NCBI GenBank assembly: GCA_964291265.2
Contig: OZ219747.1
Location: 1,088,001-1,152,000 of the forward strand
DNA: 64,000 bases
Origin: Alphaproteobacteria bacterium
Lineage (GTDB): Bacteria > Pseudomonadota > Alphaproteobacteria > SP197
Direction of reading: 5' to 3'
The translations under genes and the position numbers were made by a program. Under the pieces are notes generated by a model, which was not told where the DNA came from, did not search any database, and saw only the letters and a list, made by a program, of their open reading frames with translations. Positions 9,579-18,663 of this stretch are shown here, piece by piece. Every line of letters begins with the position of its first letter. The stretch's first letter is position 1.

Positions 9579-11192
9579 ATGACGGTCATGCAGGTGCCAC
9601 GCACGACAAGACGGCCTCGCCACATCGTCGATACGTGGTACGACTCGGCGAGTGACGATCCGTCCGTCCTGCAGATCTGGGCCTATACGTCACGCCTTTC
9701 CTGTCGCGTGGGCGAGGTCATTGAACTCCATGTGTCGACGAATGCCGACACCTTTGACCTTGACATAGCGAGGGACGGTCTCGAAACCGTCCGGGTTCAC
9801 CGCGAACCGGACCTTGCCGGCGGCTGGCACGCGACTCCACGTGACGCCTCCGCCATCGGATGTGGCTGGCCGGTTGCCTGGCGCATGACCGTTCCCGCCA
9901 CCTGGAGGCCTGGCGGCTACATCATCACCCTCACGGCACGGCGCGGTGACGAGATGGTGACGTGCGATCACGTCGTTCTTGTCGGGCGATCACGTCATGG
10001 AGCGGCTGCGCCGCTGCTCTTGCTGGCGGCGACGCCGACCTGGGTTGCCTACAACGAGTGGGGTGGTTCGAATGCCTACGAGGGAGTCTCCGGCGCCTCC
10101 GGCGACCGGTTCTCGACACGTCTGAGTCTTCAGCGGCCGTGGTCGCGCGGCTTTGCGAGGTTGCCTGCCGGGGCGCCGCGAATCCTTCCCGCGATACCTC
10201 TGCCGCAAGGAACCACAGCGCGTTATCCCTGCATGGAATGGGCATGGTCGCACGGCTATTCCAAGAAGTACGCGTCCACCGGATGGGCAAGCTATGAGCG
10301 CCACATGGCGCGCTGGCTCGAGGCGGAGGGTCACGAGGTGGACGTGGCGGCGCTCCACGACATTCATGATGCGCCGGACCTGCTGGACCGCTACCGTTGC
10401 GCCGTTGTTGTCGGGCATGACGAATACTGGAGTCGGCCCATGCGGGATGCCATCGACCGGTATGTCGAGGCAGGTGGCAGGGTGGCCCGCTTTGGCGGAA
10501 ACTTCTTCTGGCAGATCAGGCTGGAGGACGAAGGCCGAACCCAGGTCTGCTACAAGTACGTCGCGACCGAGGAAGATCCCGTCATGGGGACGGCCCGGGA
10601 ACATCTTGCCACCACGTCATGGGAATCGCCCGCGGTGAACTGGCCCGGGTCCCGCACCTTCGGGGTCAACGGTTCGCAGGGAATCTATGCCGGTCTCGGC
10701 CACTGTGCCGGCCGCGGAGCCGGTGGGTTCACGGTCTATCGTCCGGACCACTGGGCTTTTGACGATTGCTGTGTTGGCTACGGCGATATCCTCGGCGGCG
10801 ACAGCAGGATCTTCGGTTACGAGGTCGATGGACTCGACCACGTGATCCGGGATGGACTTCCCCGGCCGGTTCCGGGGGAGGACGTACCCGATGATCTCGA
10901 GATCCTCGCCTTGGGTCCCGCCACCACCGTCGAGGCCGATTTCGGGCTGTGGGGAGAGGATCTCTACATCGCCGACCATGACAGGCGGTTCCTTGCCCGC
11001 ATGTTCCACGGTGCGGAAACACCCGAGGCGCTGGAGAAGGTGACACGAGGCAGTGGCATGATCGTCACGTTCTCCAGGGGGGCAGGCGAAGTCTTCACCG
11101 CCGCCACCTGCGAGTGGGTCAATGGTCTGCGCCTTGCCGACCCCGCCGTCTGCCAGGTCACCCGCAACGTCCTCAACCGCTTTCTCGCCTGA
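9579..11192 (+). CDS. N,N-dimethylformamidase large-subunit family protein
   Basis: PTWVAYNEWGG, GHDEYWS, GYEVD motifs. Confidence 0.8.
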   Translation: MTVMQVPRTTRRPRHIVDTWYDSASDDPSVLQIWAYTSRLSCRVGEVIELHVSTNADTFDLDIARDGLETVRVHREPDLAGGWHATPRDASAIGCGWPVAWRMTVPATWRPGGYIITLTARRGDEMVTCDHVVLVGRSRHGAAAPLLLLAATPTWVAYNEWGGSNAYEGVSGASGDRFSTRLSLQRPWSRGFARLPAGAPRILPAIPLPQGTTARYPCMEWAWSHGYSKKYASTGWASYERHMARWLEAEGHEVDVAALHDIHDAPDLLDRYRCAVVVGHDEYWSRPMRDAIDRYVEAGGRVARFGGNFFWQIRLEDEGRTQVCYKYVATEEDPVMGTAREHLATTSWESPAVNWPGSRTFGVNGSQGIYAGLGHCAGRGAGGFTVYRPDHWAFDDCCVGYGDILGGDSRIFGYEVDGLDHVIRDGLPRPVPGEDVPDDLEILALGPATTVEADFGLWGEDLYIADHDRRFLARMFHGAETPEALEKVTRGSGMIVTFSRGAGEVFTAATCEWVNGLRLADPAVCQVTRNVLNRFLA

Positions 11193-11239
11193 CAGTGGTG
11201 GCCCGGGATCCTGCCGTCGGGGCGGAACCGGAACCGCTC

Positions 11240-11596
11240 GCATATCGAGATCTTCGAAACGACATACCCCCGGGTCTTTCGACGATCTCTCGATCAAGTC
11301 CGGCAAGCTTCTGCGGGCCAGAGCTTCCCGCAGTCTGGGAACCCCGTAGTCGCCGTCGGCAAACACCCGCAAGACCTCCGGGGCCTTGCGCAGAAGATCC
11401 ACCAGAACATCCGCAGCCGCATCCCGATCCCTTATGTCGGCCGTATGAACCCCTCAGGTCAATCGGTGACCCCTCGGTGTCCACCGTCAGATGACGCTTG
11501 GGACCCTTGATCTTCTTGCCCGCATCAAGACCAGCGAGGACCGCCGCATTCCGTCGTCTTGCACACCCAGTGTGTGTCGATCACCGCTGCCATGGG
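11240..11596 (-). pseudogene. IS5-family transposase remnant
   Basis: Frameshifted fragments AAVIDT..KTTECGGPR / DAGKKIKG.KRHLTVDTEG / DRDAA / VFADGDY. Confidence 0.75.
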
Positions 11597-11606
11597 TCCC
11601 GTGTCT

Positions 11607-13115
11607 TCACAGCATCCCGCTGAGCCTGATGCGCTGGACCTTGCCGGAGGGGCCCCTGGGCAGGTCGGCGAGGACATGGATGCGCTCGGGAGCCCGGAAC
11701 GAGCCGAGCCTGGCACGGCAGTGGGCGATGAGGTCATCGGTGGTCACCGTCGCGCCCTTCACCAGGCAGACGGCGGCTTCGACGCGCTGGCCGTAGTCCG
11801 GGCAGGGTCTGGCGAACGCCGCTGCTTCGACGACAGCGGGGTGGGCGTGAAGTGCGTCATCGACCTCCTGGGGCGCGATGTTCTCGCCGCCCTTGATGAT
11901 GAGTTCCTTCTGCCTGCCGATGACATGAAAGTAGCCGTTTCGGTCCATGGAGCCGACATCGCCGGTTTTCAGCCAACCATCCTTTGTGAAGATGTCGCGG
12001 GTCGCTTCTCCGTCATCGAGATAGCCCAGCATGACATTGGGGCCCTTCACGGCGATTTCGCCCGTCTGGCCGGGTCTCCGCACGTGCCCCTCGCCATCGA
12101 TGATGGCCACCTCGTTACCGAAGGCCACGCCTGGCGAGCCGATCTTGCGCTTTCCGGGCGGAAGGGGGTTGGCGAGAATCTGGGCCGCGGTTTCGGTGAG
12201 TCCCATGGTCTCGACGAGCGCGATCGCGAAGCGAGCCTCGAAGGCCCTGTGGACTTCGGGAGGAAGCGCCGACGAAGCGGACCTCGCGAACCGCAGACGG
12301 CGCAACACCTCTTCATGCGGTTCGCTGTCGTGATGGAGAAGGCGCGAGACAATGGTCGGAACACAGGAAAACCAGGTGGCGCCATACCGGTGGCAGTCCT
12401 CCCAGAAGCGCTGCACGGAAAACCGCCGGCAGACAATCACGGAGCCGCCGGAAACGAGCGGTCCCATCAGCGTTACGCAGAGCCCGTTGATATGGTAGTG
12501 GGGGAGAACGCACAAACCCCGGTCGTCCGGTCCGAGCCGGTGGGCGCAGGCCGTGGTCCATCCGCCCGCAAGCAGGCTTCGATGGCTGTGCAGCACGCCC
12601 TTGGGCCGGCCCGTCGTCCCGCTGGTGTACATCAAAAGGGCCTCGTCATCGGGGGAGGGCGGCGCGTTGCGGGACGTTGGTGAATTGCCAAGCCCGTCGG
12701 CATCGACAACCGTGAGACCGGCCACTCCCGCGTCGTCGAAATCCGGCTCCGTTTCATGGTCGACAACGGCGAAGCGCGCGCCGCTGTGGCGCAGCGCGTG
12801 GTGGTGGGCGTCGGCACCGGCTGCAAGGTTCAAGGGCGTGGCGCGAAAGCCGCCGAAGAACAGTCCGAACAGGACGAGAATGGCCGCCCGCCCGTTGTGA
12901 AGGAACGTGACGACACTCTCGCCCCTGGTGGCGCCGGCAGCTGTCAGGGAACCGGCGACCGACTCCGCTCCCTCGAGCAGACCGCTCCATGTGAGATCGG
13001 GTGTTTCGTCTGGAAAGAGGTGGCTGACCTTGTCGGGTGTCCTGTGGGCGTGCCGTTCGATCCAGCCGCGGATCGTGCCGGACGGCGATTCATTTCCCGC
13101 AGTCATCGGGCGCAC
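11607..13115 (-). CDS. sauT: Acyl-CoA ligase, probable sulfoacetate-CoA ligase
   Basis: MYTSGTTGRPKG and ETMGLTETA motifs; directly downstream of sauS. Confidence 0.7.
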   Translation of the reverse strand: MRPMTAGNESPSGTIRGWIERHAHRTPDKVSHLFPDETPDLTWSGLLEGAESVAGSLTAAGATRGESVVTFLHNGRAAILVLFGLFFGGFRATPLNLAAGADAHHHALRHSGARFAVVDHETEPDFDDAGVAGLTVVDADGLGNSPTSRNAPPSPDDEALLMYTSGTTGRPKGVLHSHRSLLAGGWTTACAHRLGPDDRGLCVLPHYHINGLCVTLMGPLVSGGSVIVCRRFSVQRFWEDCHRYGATWFSCVPTIVSRLLHHDSEPHEEVLRRLRFARSASSALPPEVHRAFEARFAIALVETMGLTETAAQILANPLPPGKRKIGSPGVAFGNEVAIIDGEGHVRRPGQTGEIAVKGPNVMLGYLDDGEATRDIFTKDGWLKTGDVGSMDRNGYFHVIGRQKELIIKGGENIAPQEVDDALHAHPAVVEAAAFARPCPDYGQRVEAAVCLVKGATVTTDDLIAHCRARLGSFRAPERIHVLADLPRGPSGKVQRIRLSGML

Positions 13116-14512
13116 CCGGCCCAGTAATCCGCGAACAGGTCCTCGAGCGAGGGCTCGTCCGGAGGAATGGTCCGGACCACCCTAGTGATGTTGAGGAAAT
13201 GTTTCCAGTGCAGGTTTTCGTCGATGGAGTTGCCGCCCCAACTGCCGCAGCCCATCGAGAGCGAGAAGGGAAGACCGTTGTCGAAGGAGCCGCCGGTGGC
13301 GATGGCGTGGGCCTGGTTGACGATGATGCGGCAGACCGGAAGCACACGTCCCAGTTCGACGGCGCGTTCATCGTGCGAAGTATGGAGTCCCACCGAGTGC
13401 CCGGCGCCCGCATGTGCCAGGATTCGCATGACGATGGCCCTGGCGTCGGCGAAGTCCCTGGCCCGGTAGAGTGCGGTGACGAGGGAGATCTTCTCGCCCG
13501 ATATCCGGTGCCGAGGCCCGGCATTCGCTGTTTCGACGGCGATGAATCGCGAATCGTCCGGAACCTCGTCTGCGAGTTCCAGAACATCGATCAGCACGCG
13601 GACGTCCCGTGCGATCGCTCGCGGATTCAGGCGGCCGCCAGGCCACAGGCGCTCGATGACATGGCACTCCTTCGTGGAATCCAGGATGGCGCATCCCTCG
13701 TTCCGGAGTGCCGCCGAAAAGACGTCGTAGAGGTCATCGACCACCACCAGGGCATTCTCCGAGGAACAGGAGGTGGCGTTATCAAAGGTCTTGGAGCGCG
13801 CGATCAGCCTCGCCGCTGTTTCGACATCGGCTGTCTCGTCGACAATGACCGGCACGTTGCCCGCGCCGACACCGATGGCCGGTGTTCCGGAGGTGTAGGC
13901 GCGTCTCACGTTGTCTTGTGAGCCCGTTGCCAGGGCGAGATCCACGGACTCGAGAAGTCTCCCGGTCCGTGCCTTGGTGGCGGGTGCCGGGATCATCTGG
14001 ACGAGATCGGGGTCGACGCGGGCCTTCGAGAACTGGTCGTGGATGTAGTCCAGCAGACGGCGGCACGCTTCGGTTCCCTTCGGCGATGGCGACAGGACGA
14101 TCGCATTGCCGCACTTGAGGGCATTGATGATGTTGTTGGCCGGAGTCGCGACCGGGTTGGTCGACGGGACAACGGCGCCGATCACGCCGATCGGCCGCGC
14201 GATCTCGGTGATTCCCCTCGCGGGGTCGTCGGCAATCACGCCGCATGTCGCGACATGTGCGATGTCGCGCATCAGACCGAGTGTCTTGCGGTGATTCTTG
14301 GTGACCTTGTCGGCGACATGGCCAAGTCCGGTCGAGCTGACTGCAAGTTCCGACAGGATCCGGTTGCGTTCCGGCTCCAGGAGCGCCCAGGCAGCCGCCT
14401 TGGCGGCCCTGTCGTAGCGCGCCTGTGTGGCGCCCGATTCGTAGCGCGCCTGGGCTGCCCGGGCCCGGGCCAGGAGATCGTCGACCAGAACGATGTCATC
14501 TTGATGGATCAT
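13103..14512 (-). CDS. sauS: Acylating sulfoacetaldehyde dehydrogenase
   Basis: KNHRKTLGLMRD, PSTNP, SKTFDNATSCSSEN, FDNGLPFSLSMGCG; start trimmed to ATG 14512. Confidence 0.8.
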   Translation of the reverse strand: MIHQDDIVLVDDLLARARAAQARYESGATQARYDRAAKAAAWALLEPERNRILSELAVSSTGLGHVADKVTKNHRKTLGLMRDIAHVATCGVIADDPARGITEIARPIGVIGAVVPSTNPVATPANNIINALKCGNAIVLSPSPKGTEACRRLLDYIHDQFSKARVDPDLVQMIPAPATKARTGRLLESVDLALATGSQDNVRRAYTSGTPAIGVGAGNVPVIVDETADVETAARLIARSKTFDNATSCSSENALVVVDDLYDVFSAALRNEGCAILDSTKECHVIERLWPGGRLNPRAIARDVRVLIDVLELADEVPDDSRFIAVETANAGPRHRISGEKISLVTALYRARDFADARAIVMRILAHAGAGHSVGLHTSHDERAVELGRVLPVCRIIVNQAHAIATGGSFDNGLPFSLSMGCGSWGGNSIDENLHWKHFLNITRVVRTIPPDEPSLEDLFADYWAGCAR

Positions 14513-14917
14513 GGTCTTTGCCCGCCCGCAAACGGGAACGGTAAGTGACCAGGACAGCGATGCAAACGTCTTCACTACGAGGACCCTGGGCTGAGACTTG
14601 GCGGTGTGATGGCCGGGCGGCATGTCGACGTCGTTCACGTTGCAGGGCTGGCAGGCGTCTCGCCGGCCACCATGTCGCGCCCTCAACCACTCCTCACTCG
14701 TGAGAGCCGACACCCGGGCGAGGGTCAAGGCGACGGTAAGCGAATTGGGCTGCATCCGCAACCGCGCGGCGTGGTCCATCCATGGCAGGAGAAGCGGAGC
14801 CATCGGTTTCGTTGTTCCGATCGTTACCGTGCGGTTGCCGGCAGCCGGGATCGGCGAGGCGGGGGCGGATGTCCTTCGCGAACTCGTGGCGTGCGATTCC
14901 AGGTGGCACCATCTGCC

Positions 14918-16249
14918 CTATAGAAGACGCCTGACGGTGCGCGACGCGACGACGTGGTGGTTCTTCACGTAGTCCTCATGGTTGCGCTCGATCGACCTGG
15001 GATCGTAGACATAGTTGACGAGAAAGCCTGCCGACTGGCGCAGGCGCTCGGTGGAGCGGTCGCCGAGCCAGTTGATCTGCTCGAGCCGCGCGCCGTTGCG
15101 CAGGTGGAATCGCGCCACGGCATCCAGGGGGTCGCTGCCGCGCTTGGCCTTCAGGAGATAGTACGCGATCATGCGTTCCAGAACGGGCCTGAGTTGACCC
15201 GCAATGGCCGCATCGTCCTGCCATCCTTCGTGGTCGAGGGCCTTGACGAGAGCCTGCTCGTCACCAGTCATGAGTCCGGCAGCGGTTCCCCCGGCCCTCT
15301 CCAACCATCCGCGGAACCCCGGTACGGGCGAGAGCGTCGCATAGGTATCAAGCCCGGGAAACTCGCGCGCCATGTCGAGCACGACCTGCTTGAGCAGGAA
15401 GTTGCCGAAGGAGATTCCCTTCAGTCCGGCGTGGCAGTTGTTGATCGAATAGAAGATCGCCGTGTCCGCATCCGCGGGGTCGATTTCCGTCCGGTCGGGA
15501 CCGATGATCGCGTCGATGTCCGTTGCGAGTCCTTGCGTCAGGGCGATCTCGACGAAGACCAGGGGATCGTCCGGCAAGGCGCCGTGGAAGAACGCGAAGC
15601 ATCTCCGGTCGCGAGCCAGGCGGCGCCTGAGATCGCCCCAGCCACGCATCTCGTGAACCGATTCGTTCTCGATGAGTTTCTCGAGCACGGCCGCGGGTGT
15701 CTGCCAGTCGATGCGGCGAAGTGTCAGAAAACCGCGATTGAACCAGGAAGCGAGGAGGTGGTGAAGGTCGAACTCCACAGCTTTCAGCGTAGGATCCCGG
15801 CGGACATCTTCCAGCAGATTGCTGCGCATGCGCACGAGCGCCTCGGTACCGTCCGGCGCCATGTTGAGACGACGGAAAAGCTCCTGGCGGGGCGGTTCCG
15901 CCGCTGCGACGAGACGCGCGTAGGTCTTGTCGTCACGCTGCAGGACATGGTCACGGGCACGATCGAGCACGGTATCGGGATCGACATGGTAGTTGTCGCG
16001 CAGTACGCGGAAGAAACCTCTCCTGGCACCGCGGTCCATGGCCTCGTAGGCGTCGAGCAGACGGCGCGCGAGCGCCGTGCCCGAGGCTTCGCCCCGTGTC
16101 GACAGCAACTCGCGGCACATGTCGTCCGGATTGCCGCCGATACCCCGTCCTTCCGCACCCACCCGCCGCAACAGCCAGTCGAGCCCGGCATCGGCCACGG
16201 AGTGAAGGAAGCTGTTGAATCCCGGCTTGTCCGGACTGGAGTTGCTCAC
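14918..16249 (-). CDS. matA: Malonyl-CoA decarboxylase
   Basis: WFNRGFL, FYSINNC..GL.GISFGNFL, TLSPVPGF, VARFHL.NGA; GTG start after GAAGGAG. Confidence 0.9.
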   Translation of the reverse strand: MSNSSPDKPGFNSFLHSVADAGLDWLLRRVGAEGRGIGGNPDDMCRELLSTRGEASGTALARRLLDAYEAMDRGARRGFFRVLRDNYHVDPDTVLDRARDHVLQRDDKTYARLVAAAEPPRQELFRRLNMAPDGTEALVRMRSNLLEDVRRDPTLKAVEFDLHHLLASWFNRGFLTLRRIDWQTPAAVLEKLIENESVHEMRGWGDLRRRLARDRRCFAFFHGALPDDPLVFVEIALTQGLATDIDAIIGPDRTEIDPADADTAIFYSINNCHAGLKGISFGNFLLKQVVLDMAREFPGLDTYATLSPVPGFRGWLERAGGTAAGLMTGDEQALVKALDHEGWQDDAAIAGQLRPVLERMIAYYLLKAKRGSDPLDAVARFHLRNGARLEQINWLGDRSTERLRQSAGFLVNYVYDPRSIERNHEDYVKNHHVVASRTVRRLL

Positions 16250-16437
16250 GGCTGGACACTCCTTCGCTCCCCTCCACCTTGGCACGCAGATCCCCGGGCG
16301 CAAGACCGCACGCTCCGGATTCGCAGCCGCGACAGCGCGAATTTCCGCGCCTTGGCGTCGACGGCTGCCGTGGGCGCCCTTTTGTGATTCACCGGCGAAC
16401 GAAGTCGGATGACTCTGTCGGACAGGGACCGGTCCAT

Positions 16438-16953
16438 TCAACCCGATAGGTCCGGCTCACGTTTCATCATGGCTCCCGAGAGTCGGTTTTCCGCCATCCT
16501 GCTGAAGGCTGCCTCCACTGCCGGCGGCAGCATGCCTGCGTCGAGGGCTGAAGGAATTGTGCGAACGCGAGAGCCTCGGGATTCCCTGTTGTGCCGCCAT
16601 TCTTCGAGTGCCGTGCACTGAAGAGTGGCCTGTTCGTCCCGAACACGGAGCCCGAACCTTCTGTCGATCTCGACCCGCGCTCCGGTGACCTTGGCGGCAA
16701 AGCGAGCCTGGCAGCCGGCAGTCGCGGCGTCGTTCCTGACCGCCCGGACCTTGCGACGCGAACCTGACGTTCTCAACTGGACGCCCGCCGCGCCACCCTG
16801 CCAGTTCTCCCGCATGTCCTGTCGTCTCCGCATCGGATCGTCGAACGGTGTTTCCCGGTGCGTGGTGGCGCCCGGGAACAGCAGCACCACCCGGTCCGGC
16901 CCGCCATCGACCCAGGCGCGGCCATAGGCATCCGGCCAGTTCTGTTTCGTCAT
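16438..16953 (-). pseudogene. Degenerate SnoaL/NTF2-like protein with read-through tail
   Basis: YGRAW...LF....RETPFDDP and LEEW.H resemble SnoaL-like proteins, with many apparent substitutions. Confidence 0.45.
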
Positions 16954-17033
16954 CGATTCATCCCTCCTCCCCGGAGGGCCTGAGCACAAGAGGGAAGGGG
17001 TGGGCCTCCAGGAACCCTCCTCGCTTTTCTGCC

Positions 17034-18344
17034 TCAGCCGGCGCCGCCGAAGGAATTGGGCATGCCGTCGGCGAAGCGGCGAAAGCGGAAGGGCGTCAGG
17101 TCCACGGAGGGGGTCTGGCCTGTCGCGAGTTCGGCCGTCACGCGGCCTGCTCCCGGACCGATGCCGAATCCGTGGCCGCTGAACCCGGTCGAGAGATGGA
17201 ACCCGGGAACGCCGTCCACCGCGGAAATCACGGGAATGGCGTCGGGGGTGACGTCGATCAGGCCGGCCCAGGTTTCCTCGATCCCGACGTCAGAAAGGGC
17301 GGGAAAGGTCCGCAACAGGTTTGAGAAGGTCTCGATGATCACGTTCCTGTAGGGCTTCGGATTCATCACGCGGGTGGCCTCGAAGGGACTCGTGTCGTCG
17401 AGGGACCATCGCCTGCGGGTCATCATGTCACGCAGGCCTTGTCTCGACAGACGGAGTTTCAGGGCATTCTTCTCCTGGCGCCACGCGGGCATGAAGTCGC
17501 TCATCCAGCGAAGGGCATCGGGACCGAGATGGAAGTCGGCCTGGTAGCCGTGAGCCACCGTGTAACCGCCATCTTCCCTGCGTCTCAATGCAAGGTCGTC
17601 GGCCCAGATCGCCCCCTCGAACACGGACGGTGCTGGCGTGGTCCGCATCACGTTGTTCTGGATGCGAAGCTGGGGAAGGGCAATGTCGTGATTGCCACAG
17701 AAAAGCGATGACCAGATGCCTCCGGCGAGCACCACGGTCGAGGTGGCGGTGATGCCATGTTCCGTCACCACGCCGGCCACCCGGCCGCGCTTGAGATCAA
17801 GGCCCCGGACCGCGCATCCGGTGATGATGTGTCCACCGAGGCGTTCCGTCGCCCGCGCCAGTGCGGGAACCGCAAGGCGTGGTTCCGCACGGCCGTCTGT
17901 CGGCGTGTGGAGGGCTGCCCTGAACGGCCCCTTCATGTCGGGAACCAGCGCGTTCAGTTCCGCCTGCGACAGCAGCTTCGAACCCAGTTGGAACTCCCTG
18001 GCATGATCGACAAAAGCCTCGAAGGCAGCGATGTCATCATCATCCCTGGCGGTGTAGAGAACACCGTTCTGGTGAAACCCGACATGATCACCGATGTCGG
18101 CCTCCATTCCCCGCCAGATTCGCAAGGACTCGACAATGAGCGGAAGTTCCTCGGGCGCCCGTCCCTGCTGGCGAACGAAACCCCAGTTGCGACTCGACTG
18201 TTCTCCGGCAATCCGGCCCTTCTCGAAGAGGACGACCGGGATGTTCCGCTTGGCCAGGAAATAGGCCGTCGAAACGCCGATGATTCCTCCACCGATGACC
18301 ACGACCTCAGCCGATTTCGGTATCCGGTCGACTCCATCGGTCAT
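17034..18344 (-). CDS. FAD-dependent oxidoreductase, D-amino acid/sarcosine oxidase family
   Basis: GGGIIG, EQSSRNWG, TPDAIP, GFSGHGFGIGP. Confidence 0.9.
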   Translation of the reverse strand: MTDGVDRIPKSAEVVVIGGGIIGVSTAYFLAKRNIPVVLFEKGRIAGEQSSRNWGFVRQQGRAPEELPLIVESLRIWRGMEADIGDHVGFHQNGVLYTARDDDDIAAFEAFVDHAREFQLGSKLLSQAELNALVPDMKGPFRAALHTPTDGRAEPRLAVPALARATERLGGHIITGCAVRGLDLKRGRVAGVVTEHGITATSTVVLAGGIWSSLFCGNHDIALPQLRIQNNVMRTTPAPSVFEGAIWADDLALRRREDGGYTVAHGYQADFHLGPDALRWMSDFMPAWRQEKNALKLRLSRQGLRDMMTRRRWSLDDTSPFEATRVMNPKPYRNVIIETFSNLLRTFPALSDVGIEETWAGLIDVTPDAIPVISAVDGVPGFHLSTGFSGHGFGIGPGAGRVTAELATGQTPSVDLTPFRFRRFADGMPNSFGGAG

Positions 18345-18383
18345 GAAGCGGACATCTTCGGCGTTTCTGCCGCGGCGGCGTCT

Positions 18384-18605
18384 TCAGGCCACGAGCGCGG
18401 GAATCTCCTCATCTTCGGGGAAGCGGCCGAGATCGAGTTTCGAGAACAGGACCTCATCTCCTCTGGTGATCTCGAAGGATCCGGTTCGTCCTCCAAAGAT
18501 CTCGACATCGCCGGCACCTGCACCGATGAGCTGATCCCTCGCACGGAGCGCTCGTGGCTCATAGTTTCAGGAACGGCAGTATTCAATTCTGATCGCTTCA
18601 CTCAT
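18384..18605 (-). CDS. SelW/SelT/SelH (Rdx) family selenoprotein, in-frame UGA at codon 13
   Basis: MSEAIRIEYCRS-U-NYEPRA...GGRTGSFEI...LFSK...RFP..EI: CxxU plus Rdx motifs, 73 aa. Not in the ORF track. Confidence 0.85.
18526..18563 (-). promoter_or_regulatory. Candidate bacterial SECIS hairpin
   Basis: Just 3' of the UGA: ATGAGC-CACG...CGTG...GCTCAT complementary arms. Confidence 0.45.
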
Positions 18606-18663
18606 GGATCTTTCCCGTTCCGACGACGTCATTCTAGATCACTGTCTCCCGATGATCCAGGGG

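Noticed and set aside
14520-14915. Possible transposase C-terminal remnant or SauS N-terminal extension
   Set aside because: Similarity too weak to call by eye; SauS homology starts near 14512.
18341-18601. 86-aa minus-strand ORF in the track
   Set aside because: Wrong frame; the overlapping UGA-containing frame carries the Rdx motifs.
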